This document shows positions 13,200 through 25,581 of a stretch of DNA of 64,000 bases, piece after piece. The stretch lies in assembly GCF_044704955.1 (NCBI RefSeq), contig NC_091982.1, positions 174,344,001 through 174,408,000 on the forward strand. The letters run 5' to 3'. Source of the DNA: Pristiophorus japonicus (taxonomy: Eukaryota). The notes under the pieces are model-generated. The model did not search any database. It was not told the DNA's origin and saw nothing but the letters and a program-made list of their open reading frames with translations. Both the position numbers and the translations under genes were made by a program. Within the stretch, counting starts at the first letter, position 1. Each line of letters begins with the position of its first letter.

Positions 13200-15955
13200 T
13201 GGAGTTTGTACATAACATTGGAGTCTGGAGGCGATCTGGGTTCAAATCCAACCCAGAATGATGGGTTGAATATTTCCGCTTTCTGATTGAATCATAGAAA
13301 GTTACAGCACGGAAGGAGGCCATTTCATTCCATTGTGTCCAGGCCGGCCGATCAAGAGCTATCCAGCCTAATCCAACCTTCCAGCTCTTGATATGTAGCC
13401 CTGTAGGTTACGGCACTTCAAGTGCATATCCAAATACTTTTAAATGTAGTGAGGGTTGCTGCCTCTTACCACCCTTTCAGGCAGTGAGTTCCAGACCCCC
13501 TCCACCCTCTGGGTAAAGAAATTTCCCCTCAAATCCCCTCTAAACTTCCTGCCAAATACTTTAAATCTATGCCCCCTGATTGTTGACCCCTCTGCTAAGG
13601 GAAATAGGTTCTTCCTATTCACTCTATCCAGGCCCCTCATAATTTTGTACACCTCAATAACATCTCCCCTCAGCCTCCTCTGTTCCAAAGCAAACAGTCC
13701 CAGCCTATCCAATCGTTTCTCATAGCTAAAATTCTCCAGTCCAGGCAACATCCTTGTAAATCTCCTCTGTACCCTCTCTCCTGTAATGTGGTGACCAGAA
13801 CTGCACGCAGTACTCTATAGCTGTGGCCTAACTAATGTTTTACACAGTTAAAGCATAACCTCCTTGCTCTTGTATTCTATGCCTCGGCTAATAAAGGCAA
13901 GTATTCCGTATGCCTCCTTATCTACCTGGCCTACTACCTTCAGGGATCCGTGGATCTGCACTCCAAGGTTCCATTGTTCCTCTACACTTCTCAGTGTTGT
14001 ATCATTTAACGTGCATTCCCTTGCCTTGTTGGCTCTCCCCAAATGAATTACCTCACACTTCTCCGGATTGAATTCCATTTGCCCACCTGACCAATTCATT
14101 GATATCTTCCTGCAGTCTTCATTATCAACCATACATTAAGTCTAAATCATTGGTATATAGCACAAAAAGCAAGGAACCTAGAACTATGCCCTGTGGAACC
14201 TCACTGGAAACAGCCTTCGTCACTAAAACACCCATCAACTATTACCCTTTGCTTCCTGCCTCTGAGCCAATTTTGGATCCAACTTGCCATTTTTCCCTGG
14301 ATCCCATGAGCTTTTATTTTCATGACCAGTCTGCCATGTGGGACTTTATCAAAAGCCTTGCTAAAATCCATATACACCAAACATACTACTCTCATCGACC
14401 CTCCTTGTTACCGCCTCAAAAAATTCAATCAAGTTAGTCAGACACGACCTTCCCTTAACAAATCCATGCTAACTGTCCTTGATTAATCCATGTCTTTCTA
14501 AATGAAGATTTATCCTGTCCTTCAGAATTTTTCTCAATAATTTTCCCACCACAGAGGTTAGGCTGACTGGTATGTAATTACTCGGTTTATCCCTTTCTCC
14601 CTTTTTAAACAAAGGTACAACATTAGCAGTCCTCCGGCACCACACCTGTAGCCAGAGAGAATTGGAAAATGGTCAGAGCCTCTACTATTTCTTATTTTGC
14701 TTCTCTTAACAGCCTTTGATACATTTAAGAACATAAGAAATAGGAGAAGGAGTAGGCCATTTGGCCCCTCGAGCCTGCTCCGCCATTTAATAAGATCATG
14801 GCTGATCTGATTACGGACTCAGCTCCACTTCCCTGCCCGCTCCCCATAACTCTTTATTCCCTTATTGCTCAAACATCTGTCTATGCCTTAAATATATTCA
14901 ATGATCCAGCCTCCAGTTGTCTGGGACAGAGAATTCCACAGATTTACAGTTTTAAATGGACAACCCCTTATTCTGAAACTATGCCCACTAGTTTTAATTT
15001 CCCCTATGAGTGGAAATATCCTCTCTGCAACCACCCTGTCGAGCCTTCTCATTATCTTACATGTTTTGATAAGATCACTTCTCATTCTTCTGAACTCCAA
15101 TGAGTATAGGCCCAACCTACTCAACCTATCTTCATAAGTCAACCCCCTCATCCAAACCTGGAGATTTAGCCACTTTCAAAGCTGCTAAGCCTCTTAATAC
15201 TTCCTCTCTCACTATGTTTATTTCATCTAAAATTTCACACTCCTCCCTGATAGCAATGTCTGCAGCGCCCCTCTCTTTTGTGAAAACAAGCGCAAAGTAT
15301 TGATTAAGAACCATACCCACGTCTTCTGCCTCCACACACACATTACCTTTTATGGTCTCGAATAGGCCCTACTATCTCTTTAGTTATCCTTTTGCTCTTA
15401 ATGTATTTATAAAACATCTTTGGGTTTTCCTTGATTTTACTTGCCAAAATGTTTTCATGCTCTCTGCTCTCTCTTTGCTTTCCTAATTTCCTTTTTGATT
15501 GCACCCCTGCACTTTCTGTACTCTAGAGTTTCTGCAGTATTGAGCCCTCGATATCTGTCCTAAGCCTCCCTTTTTTCTTTAAACCACCCTGTATGGCCTT
15601 TGACATCGAGGGGGCTCTAGATGTTAGTCCCACCCTTTTTCTTTAAGGGAACATACTTGCTCTCAACCCACAGGATCTCCTTGAATGCCTCCCACTGAGA
15701 TCCTCTGTAAAATGAGTTGGGGTTGTTTTCATCGAATTCCCAGTGAAAGCTGGCTCTTAGCATAAAACAGTCATTAATTGGCAATCTCACTCAGAGTCCC
15801 CACAGAATGACTGATGTGGGAGAATGGAAACATAATCACAGTGGTCCAGGTGGAACTGCTTTTTTGAGGTTGGACTGAAGGACACTGTTGGGGCAGAGAA
15901 GGAGTTTTACTTTGATCTCTTTATGCTATACTTGACCTAGGAACACTTGATGCTT
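13200..15955 (+). mobile_element. Old tRNA-head SINE resembling LF-SINE, split by CR1 (head ~13200-13289, body ~15700-15955)
   Basis: B-box gggttcaaatcc at ~13240; body tgtaaaatgagttgg...aattggcaatctca...ttggggcag resembles the LF-SINE consensus as recalled; not aligned. Confidence 0.4.
13290..15700 (-). mobile_element. CR1 LINE (5'-truncated) containing a second CR1 fragment at ~14726-15152
   Basis: ORFs 13440-14395(-) give CR1 RT motifs ([35 protein letters not shown]); inner copy has a different tail (aagaacataagaaatagg). Confidence 0.88.
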
Positions 15956-15956
15956 G

Positions 15957-16384
15957 CTTGGCTCAGTTGGTAATACCCCCGCCTCAGAAGGTTGTGGGTT
16001 CAAGTCCAATTCCAAAGACTTGAGCACAAAAATCTAGGCTGACACTCCAGTACAGTACTGAAGGAGTGCTGCACTGTCAGAAGTGCCGTCTTTCAGATGA
16101 GACATTAAACTGTGTCCTGTCTCAGGTGGACGTAAAAGATCCCATGACACTATTTGAAGAAGAGCAGGGGAGTTCTCCCCAGTGTCCTGACCAACATCAC
16201 TGAAACAGATTTTCTTGTCATTATCACATTGCTGTTTGTGGCAGTTTGCTGTGTGCAAATTGGCTGAAGTGTTTCCTACATTGCAACAGTGACTGCACTT
16301 CAAGAGTACTTCATTGGCTGTAAAGTGCTTTGAAATATCATGAGGTCCTGAAAGGCGCTATATAAATCCAAGTCTTTTTTTTTT
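15957..16384 (+). mobile_element. tRNA-derived DeuSINE (SacSINE1-like), nearly complete
   Basis: A box tggctcagttgg, B box gggttcaagtcc, Deu-like core gctgtttgtggcagtttgctgtgtgcaaattggctg...cattggctgtaaagtgcttt, and an L2-type tail ggcgctatataaat. Confidence 0.8.
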
Positions 16385-16538
16385 GCTGCCACAAAATGGA
16401 AAGTGTTTCATTCCCCAGCTCAGCTGTCCCTCATATTGATTAGCATAAGTCAAATTAACTGAAACACTGAAAATATAACACTTTTGAATCTGTTTGGCTT
16501 CAAAACAAATGATAACTATGAGATCTTGTATTTTTTAG

Positions 16539-16675
16539 GAATATCCAATGATGCTGGGACAGATGCTGCTTCACAACAATTGACAGTGGGTCCATCCATG
16601 GTTGATGTCTGTAAAAATGACCTACAGAATGACTCTAGTGGAAATAATGGACTAAATATGGAAACTGAAGTTTAA
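16539..16675 (+). CDS. Terminal coding exon of the upstream gene (C2orf72-like, tentative)
   Basis: Acceptor tattttttag; phase 1 matches the 10890-11006 exon; reads (G)ISNDAGTDAASQQLTVGPSMVDVCKNDLQNDSSGNNGLNMETEV* to TAA. Confidence 0.55.
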
Positions 16676-19430
16676 ATGATTTTTATAAACCACCATTTTC
16701 TACGTCTTTACATTTATTAAGGAGTACCAGAACCTGCTGAGAAAACAAATTAAATACTTGATTTTCCAGATGCGACCTTTTCCCTTTTTTTCAGTGTTTT
16801 GATTGGGGAGAGTTGTTAGCCTGGATTATCTGAGCAAATTCTTTCTCCAGAATAATTTGAAATATATGATGGTGTTGTAGTTCACATGGTTGACTTGATC
16901 AGAAGGTACGTGTATTCATTTTTAGATTTGTCTTTCACTCAAACCCATTCACCAACTGTAAAAATGGGAGGAGAGTCCTGACATAGCCCAGCTCACCATT
17001 TTTGAATCAACTCCTTTGCAGAAGACATGTTGACAATGATGAAAAAAGAAGTCTTTATGGCAGACTTCTGCCAGGTGAAATATGCAAAACTGAAAAAGGT
17101 TTGGCTGAAAATATTTCAAATCCCTTCCTCTTCTGTCATCTTTTACTTAATACACAGGAGTGAAAATCTATCCAGTGAAGAACACAAGGATATTTTCATA
17201 TAGATAAAGTCATAATTTTCTATATTTTAATATAAAAAAAGACTTACCAGTTTAGTGCGCATCAGTAAGCATTTACTACAATTTGCCACTGATGTAAAGT
17301 TTTTAAGTGAGTTTATTCCTATGAGTTCTCATTTCTATTTGCTCACAAGAGAAACAGAATATTGCCTTTTTAAAATAATTTTAGTAGGTTTTCTTCAGAG
17401 TATATGGTTACCGATTCTAAAGACAATGCACATCTAATTAAACATTTTGAGAAACGTTTGAACTCACATAAAATTACAATAGAAACTTTGATGCCACTGA
17501 GGGTCAAACAATGAAACAAATATGTAAAAGTCGGTCAGTTAGTGAACCAAACCCAAGGGAATTGACTTGAATTATCTTGAAGTCAACAAACGGAGTCAAA
17601 GATTTATAAAGATCTTTCTTGCTCTAGCTACAGAGAGCATATATTTTAACTTTTTTGATGGAGACGATTACATGATACAGTTAACCCATTAAATCTGTGA
17701 GTGGTGTGGAAAGGAATCTCCTCTTGATGATAATACCTGGATGTGTAAATCCAATTTTGTTTCAGTGACATGGTAATCATAAAAGAAGGTACACTAGGAT
17801 AGGTAATCCAGTCCATTGTTGGGCTGATGTAAAAACACCCATCTGCATTCAGATAATTCTGTGTAAAGAATGAAATCAATGTTTTGAGAATGGAAAATGA
17901 GGAACAGACACCATAGCAGAGGACTTGGCTCAACAATGTCACCTAACCCAGAGATAGGGTGAGTCACATATGGAAGAAAATCAGCACTAAACCACCCACC
18001 TGAGCTGATGCACTGCACCACTGAAAATATTTGTTTGGGACCATACTTTTGTTAAAACAATGGACCATACAATGGGGTTATTGGAAGTCTGAGTATACAA
18101 ATTTATAAAACACAAAAAGATCAGTTGTTCCAAAGCAGCAATCCCCATCGCTTACTTATTACTACCCGAGGCAAACTTATTTGAATTATGTTAAGTAATA
18201 GGAGACCTCCAAATGTGAAAGCCCCCTCGCATCTTTGTGCTTGGGTAAATCTAGGTTGTGTAGTTTATGGTCTGGGCTACTGCCTTAAACTATCCAGGTC
18301 AGGCTAAATGGTTCCTGTATTTTAAATTTGGAAAAGTCAACCAAGGGGTGGGCAATTTCTATTTACTTCAAAAGTAGAGATTATTGGACTACTTGTAGAT
18401 ACTAGTTTTGGAGAGATCAACTAATGTTGATGCCAAGATATTGAAAGTTAATTTATCAATCCACAATAATGGAAACTATGAATAAAGTATGAGGACATGT
18501 CAATGAAGCCACAGCTTTTCTCTTTATAGGTGGATTAGAGGTTTTTTATGGTGGTATGCCGGGGATGGGGGGTTCTGTGCATTGGAAATAATCAACATAA
18601 ATGTAGATTTTATGCTTTCAATCCATCTACATTCCATAGATAGAATTCACATTATTTCCTTTTAATTTCTACTAACCATGGTACTGTCACCTGCTTAAAC
18701 ATTTTCAGCCACTAAGTATATAGCTATGTTTTTACATTATTTGAATACAGAAGAAAGACACAGTAATGTAGACAGAATTGGTTTAAACCATGTTCTCAAA
18801 AATCCTGTCTTTTCCCCATAATTATGCTGATGACTTTGGAGAAGGATGAATTTCAGGATGGAAAACATTGTACTGTAAAGATATAGACACATAAGATTAC
18901 TAAAGAAATAAGCTAGGTGGATAATGAGCTTAGAGTTGTTGGGATTAAAACATATAGGCTTTTGAAACACATCCTTTTCTTCACAGCAAGGAGTAGTGTA
19001 CGAGAAGGAGAGTGCTGCAATATAAAAGGCACTATGTTGCTATAGAGCATGCATCAAAAGATTTTGTACAACAAAGCTATGGCTCGGGGAAAGCAATGAT
19101 ATGAAGTAAAAGTATGGTGTGAAAAAGCATGAGGCCCTCATCTTTGTTTGGCAATCTGTTTAAACAACTTGTGGTCATAAAACGTCAATAGCGTTGCACC
19201 CAGCAGGAAGTAGGCCATAGAGAAAATGATCTAAAAAGAGGTGCAGTATTTGACATCATAGGAATTTATATTTGCCAACAAGACCAGGTACGTGAAGCGA
19301 CTTGGATAAGCCATTCCCGCGATTTCCTCGAAGTTCCCTGCACAAATAGTTTCAGATGTGAGGCTGATGTGTCCTATTCTGTATGAAATGTTAAATAATG
19401 AATGTTTTGTAGAATAAATGAAGTTAATTT
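16676..19430 (+). other. Probable long 3' UTR with AATAAA at 19413-19418
   Basis: ~2.7 kb AT-rich stretch with no recognisable repeats directly after the stop codon, in a window otherwise dense with repeats. Confidence 0.4.
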
Positions 19431-19456
19431 TCAGATATATTACTGTCTCTAGCTTT

Positions 19457-20218
19457 CATCATCATAGGCAGTCCCTCGGAATCGAGGAAGACTTGCTTCC
19501 GCTCTAAGTGAGTTCTCAGGTGACTTTAAATTCCAATGTGGGAATGACAGTCTCTGTCACAGGTGGGACAGACAGTGTTTGAAGGAGTGTGCAGAAAACC
19601 AGGCTCCACACCCATAGTGGAGCCTGGTTTGCTGCACACTCCTTCCGCTGTCTGCGCTCGATTTTTGTATGCTCTCAGCGACGAGACTCGAGGTGCTCAG
19701 CGCCCTCCCAGATGCTCTTACTCCATTTTGGGCGGTCTTGGGCCAGGGATTCCCAGGTGCCGGTGGGGATATTGCACTTTATCAAGGAGCCTTTGAGGGT
19801 GTCCTTGAAATGTTTCCTCTGCCCACCTGGGGCTCGCTTGCTGTGTTGGAGTTTAGAGTAGAGCGCTTGCTTAGGGAGTCTCGTGTCGGGCATGCGTCCT
19901 CCTCCGTTTCGACTGTCCCCAAAAGTTTGTCACCATCCTCCGCCTGCTCCACGATGACATGCAAGCTGTGATCCTGAACCAAAGGATCCACCACAGACCC
20001 AATCCACATCCGGATCGGTGTCAAGCAGGGCTGCGTCATCGCACCAACGTTTTTCTCGATCTTCCTTGCTGCAGTGCTCCATATCACCCTCAACAATCTC
20101 CCCGTTGGAGTGGAGCTAAACTATAGAACCAATGGGAACCTGTTCAACCGTTGCTGCCTCCAGGCTAGATCCAAGGTCGTCCCATCCTCTGTCATCGAAC
20201 TACAGTACACGGACGACG
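19457..20218 (-). mobile_element. RTE-clade LINE insertion with an inverted 5' segment
   Basis: (cat)n tail and C-terminus MPDTRLPKQALYS... on -; 19894-20218 reads RT on + (GVKQGCVIAPTFFSIF...LQYTDDA); 10-bp TSD ctctagcttt on both sides. Confidence 0.88.
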
Positions 20219-21265
20219 CTCTAGCTTTATGAATCTGTTAAAAGGATAAGAAGGAATTATCCAACTGCCACCATCTGACTAAAGCAAAAGAGTTACAGTT
20301 GGGAGTCCTGTTGTTTTTTGTTGAAGGTGAGGCTGATGGAATACAATCCAATAATTCCCTGAACTGCTTGGTGGCTTACAGTCCTGCCCTACATCAATGG
20401 GAGGAAAGAAAAGTGAAAAATGGAAACTGGCAGCCAATTAGCTCCCTGCGATCTGTTTCAAAATGTTCCTTAGCAACCTAATGAAAGGATGAGATACTCT
20501 GCTGATCCTGTTTTTTTATAGCCAAACAAGCTGTGAAAATGTAAATATAATTGATCAATCCATTAGGACGTGAGGCATTTTTTCTGCACTGACAGTTTTG
20601 AAATGGAATGTACAGTTGCAGGAGAGTGAGACATGGGAATACTAATGTGACTTTGCAGACTGGATAGGCAGGGCTAATAGGCCACGTGGCTGTAGTTTTT
20701 TTTCACCCAACCCCTCTTCCCAACCCAACATAACTAAGGAAGCTGGAGTTAAAGGCCTCATAAAGGCATTTGTATGTGGTACTTATATGAAATTAAATCT
20801 TTTATTGGAAGAGATGTCACTACATATGTCCCAAAAATAAGCCAACGCAACACTGTTGCACCATTCCCAATCTAATAGCATTGTTTTGGAAAGTAGAATT
20901 CAGTCCCGATCATCCACCAGCTTCATAGTTTTCAAGTTGTTTAAATGGAATTAGATTATACTGTTCAACATGTCTCATGATATGGCAAATAGATTGAAGT
21001 GGACTTCCTGAAAAGTACTTGTGATGAGTGAGCAGTAAATGATCAAGTTATATTCTATGAGGAAGTTAACTTTAAAATTTGGGTATAATGAGTTCCGCAG
21101 AACATCTGGAGTGAAGGATAATTCCGAAATGATGTTCTATGAGAAAAGTGGAGAATGAAAGACCCAGTAGCCTTTCAGTGCTCTATTGTAAGCTGGAGAA
21201 AGCTTCATTCCTCATTCAACTCGGAGCCTAATACTGTTCTCATTCTCTGTTCAGTTAAGAGTCTA

Positions 21266-21455
21266 ATATTAGGCAGTCTCTCGTGTCGAGGATGACCCGC
21301 TTCCACACCAAAAAGGGATGAGTTCACAGGTGTTTCTCGAACCATATCCTGAAGGGTGGAAAATACCAGCACGCAAATTATTTTAATGTGGAGTGGCCGT
21401 TGTACACCAGCCACCACACGGGCTTGACAGAACAAGGTCTTGGTCCAGTGGCAAA
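21266..21455 (-). mobile_element. RTE-tailed SINE fragment
   Basis: taggcagtctctcgtgtcgaggatgac matches the RTE tail; body is shared with 27279-27420 and 59146-59766. Confidence 0.65.
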
Positions 21456-22802
21456 ATTGAGATGACTACTCTGCTTTAGTTGCAAGTAGAAATTTACAAA
21501 CACAAAGTTTACCTCAATCTGCTTAACCTGTGGTGATAAGTTTCTCAGCTACACTGTTGGTAAGATAATTTGCATTAAGGGGAAAGATTACCTCAGGAGA
21601 TGAACAGGCCATCAAGAACATTAGTAGCAAAGTGACCAATCTGGTAAATGTGGCGAAGAGTAACAGGAGACTGTAGAAAGAATGGGCCCGAAATTGGTGA
21701 AAGTTAAGTTCCGCCCAAGTACCGTCCAAAGGACCGCTGAGATCCTGACAGTAATTTGGGCAGAAGTTCCATGGCAAAAACTGGGAAAGACCGCCCGGCG
21801 GCAAAAATGAGACTTCTGGAAAGCAGTGGGCGGTAGCTCCCATTCTTGACGGCAAATGCAATCCTCGGCAAAGTACCGCCGAGGATTGAGTCAGGTCCAG
21901 AAAGGGGAGAACTGATGAAATAAAACATTTTCAAAACATTAAAAAAACACCAGAAAACCTAACTAGAGAAATAAAGGACGGTATCCAATTAAAAACAAGG
22001 GCATATAAAGTGGCCAAAACTATTGGGAGGACAGAAGATTGGGAAGCTTTTAAAAGCCAGCAAAGAATGACAAAAACAATGATTAAGGGAAGATAGACTA
22101 TGAAAGTAAACTAGCACAAAATATAAAAACAGATAGCAAGAGTTTCTATAGATATATAAAAAGGAAAAGAGTGGCTAAAGTAAATGTTAGTCCCTTAGAG
22201 AACAAAACCGGGGAATTAGTGATGGGGAACATGGAGATGGCAGGAACTCTGAACAAATATTTTGTATCAGTCTTTACAGTCGAGGACACGAAAAATATTC
22301 CGACAGTGGATAGTCAAGGGCCTATGGTGGGGTGGGGGGGTGGAGGAACTTATCACAATCACTAAGGAGGTGTGCTCAGTAAGGTAATGGGACTAAAGGC
22401 GGATAAATCCCCTGGACCTGATGGTTTGCATTCTAGGGTCTTAAGAGAAGTAGCAGCAGGGATAGTGGATGCATTGGTTGTAATTTTGTAATTTACCAAG
22501 ATTCTGGGGCGGTCCCAGCAGATTGGAAAACTGCAAATGTAACGCCGCTATTTAAAAAAGGAGGCAGACGAAAAGCAGGAAATTATAGACCAGTTCGCCT
22601 AACATCTGTGGTTGGGAAAATGTTGAGAGTCTATTATTAAAGAAGCAGTAGCAGGACATTTGGAAAAACATAATTCAGTCAGGCAGAATCAGAATGGATT
22701 TATGAAGGGGATGTCATGTTTGACAAATTTGCTGGAATTCTTTGAGGATGTAACAAAAAGGGTGGATGTGGTGTATTGGGAATTCTAGAAGGCATTTGAC
22801 AA

Positions 22803-25581
22803 ACATAGAAAATAGGTGCAGGAGCAGGCCATTCGGCCCTTCGAGCCTACACCAACATTCAATATGATCATGCAACTTCAGTACCCACTCCTGTTTTCTC
22901 TCCATACCCCCTGATCCCTTTAGCCATAAGGACCACATCTAACTCCCTCTTGAATATATCCAACGAACTGGACTCAACAACTTTTTGTGGTACTGAATTC
23001 CATAGGTTCACAATTCTCTGGGTGAAAAAGTTTCCCCTTATCCTTAGACTGTGACCCCTGGTTCTGGACTTCCCCAACATCGGGAACATTCTTCCTGCAT
23101 CTAACCTGTCCAATTCTGTCAGAATTTTATATGCTTCTATGAGATCCCCTCTCAGTCTTCTAAATTCCAGTGAATATAAGCCTAGTCGATCCAGTCTTTC
23201 TTCATATGTCAGTCTTGCCATCCCGGGAATCAGTCTGGTGAACCTTCACTGCACTCCCTCAATAGCAAGAATATCCTTCCTCAGATTAGGAGACCAAAAC
23301 TGCACACAATACTCAAGATGTGGTCTCACCAAGGTCCTGCACAACTGCAGCAAGACGTCCCTGCTCCTATACTCAAATCCTCTCGCTATGAAGGCAACAT
23401 GCCATTTACTTTCTTTACTGCCTGCTGTACCTGCATGCTTACTTTCAACGACTGATGTACCATGACACCCAGGTCTCGTTGCACCTCCCCTTTTACTAAT
23501 CTGTCACCATTCAGATAATAACCTGCCTTCCTGTTTTTGCCACCAAAGTGGATAACCTCACACTTATCCACATTATACTGCATCTGCCATGCATTTGCCC
23601 ACTCACCTAACCTGTCCAAGTCACCCTGCAGCCTCTTAGCATCCTCCTCACAGCTCACACCGTCACCCAGCTTAGTGTCATCTTCAAACTTGGAGATATT
23701 ACATTCAATTCCTTCGTCTAAATCATTAATATATATTGTAAATAGGTGGGGTCCCAGGACTGAACCTTGCGATACCCCACTAGTCACTGCCTGCCATTCT
23801 GAAAAAGACCCGTTTATTCCCACTCTTTGCTTCCTGTCTGCCAATCAGTTCTCTATCCATGTTAATACATTACCCCCAATCCCATATGCCTTAATTTTGC
23901 ACACTAATCTCTTGTGTGGGACCTTGTCAAAAGCCTTTTGAAAGTCCAAATGCACCACATCCACCAGTTCTCCCTTGTCCACTCTACTAGTTACATCCTC
24001 AAAAAATTCTAGAAGATTTGTCAAGCATGATTTCCCTTTCATAAATCCATGCTGACTTGGACCGATCCTGTCACTGCTTTCCAAATGTGCTGCTATTACA
24101 TCTTTAATCATTGATTCCAGCATTTTCCCCACTACCGATGTCAGGCTAACCGGTCTATAATTTCCTGCTTTCTCTCTTCCTTCTTTTTAAAAAAGTGGGG
24201 TTATATTAGCTACCCTCCAATCCATAGGAAGTGATCCAGAGTCCATGGAATGTTCAAAAATGACCACCAATGCATCTACTATTTCTCGGGGTACTTCCTT
24301 AAGTACTCTGGGATGCAGACTATCAAACCCTGGGGATTTATCGGACTTCAATCCCATCGATTTCCCCAACACCATTTCCTGACTAATAAGGATTTCCCTC
24401 AGTTCCTCCTTCTCGCTAGACCCTCGGTCCCCTAGTATTTTTGGGAGATATTTGTGTCTTCCTTAGTTAAGACAGAACCAAAGTATTTGTTCAATTGGTC
24501 TGCCATTTCCTTGTTCCCCATTATGAATTCACCTGATTCTGACTGCAAGGGACTTACATTAGTCTTCACTAATTTTTCCTCTTCACATATCTATAGAAGC
24601 TTTTGCAGTCAGTTTTTATGTTCCCTGCAAGCTTACTCTCATACTCTTTTTTCCTCCTTCTAATTAAACCCTTAGTCCTCCTCTGCTGAATTCTAAATTT
24701 CTGCCAGTCCTCAGGTTCGCTGCTTTTTCTGGCCAATTTATATGCCTCTTCCTTGGATTCCCTAATTTCCCTTGTTAGCCATGGTTGAGCCACCTTCCCA
24801 ATTTTATTTTTACACCAGACAGGGATGTACAATTGTTGAAGTTCATCCATGTGATCTTTAAATGTCTGCCATTGCCGATCTACCCCAACCCGTTAAGTAT
24901 CACTCACCAGTCTATCCCAGCCAATTCACGTCTCATACCATTGAAGTTACCTTTCGTTAAGTTCAGGACCTTAGTCTCTGAATTAACTGTGTCAGTCTCC
25001 ACCTTAATGAAGAATTCTATCATATTATGGTCACTCTTTCCCAAAGGGCCTCACACGACAAGATTGCTAATTAATCCTCTCTCATAATACAAGACCCAGT
25101 CTAGGATGGCCTGCTCTGCAGTTGGTTCCTCGACATATTGGTCTAGAAAACCATCCCATATGCACTCCAGGAAATCCTCCTCCACAGTACTGGTAACAAT
25201 CTATATGTAGATTAAAGTTGTAGTGTACTTGTGAATGACTCCACGAGGCAATGTGTTGTACTCAAACTGTAGTGACCTTGGTCCTTTATTCCTAACTCCA
25301 GAGCGAGGCACAAGCATGGTGTGCAGCCTTTTATACTGGGCTCTGCCACCAGGGCAGGAACCCCCCGGTCTCGACCAGTTGCACCCTCTAGTGGTGCCAG
25401 CATGTATATACACAGTGTAAACTTTATTGATAATACATCAAGTAAACAAGTCTCCATCTTATGCAGCCAGATATAAGACTCTGACTACACTGAGTACATC
25501 CATAGTCTGCATATACAACAAAAGTCACCCATGATAACTGCTGTACCTTTATTGCACGCAACCCTAATTTCCTGTTTGATG
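22803..25581 (-). mobile_element. CR1 LINE (acatagaa-tail subfamily) inserted into another CR1
   Basis: ORFs 22868-24850(-) give CR1 RT; tgacaa appears at both junctions as a probable TSD. Confidence 0.9.
25219..25520 (-). mobile_element. Solo LTR (302 bp)
   Basis: TG...CA termini (tgtagtg...tacaaca); exact 5-bp TSD aaagt; interrupts CR1 sequence that is contiguous in the copy at ~51180; TATAAAA and AATAAA on the - strand. Confidence 0.8.

Noticed and set aside
15957-16030. tRNA gene-like A and B boxes
   Set aside because: No complete cloverleaf; the sequence continues directly into a SINE body.
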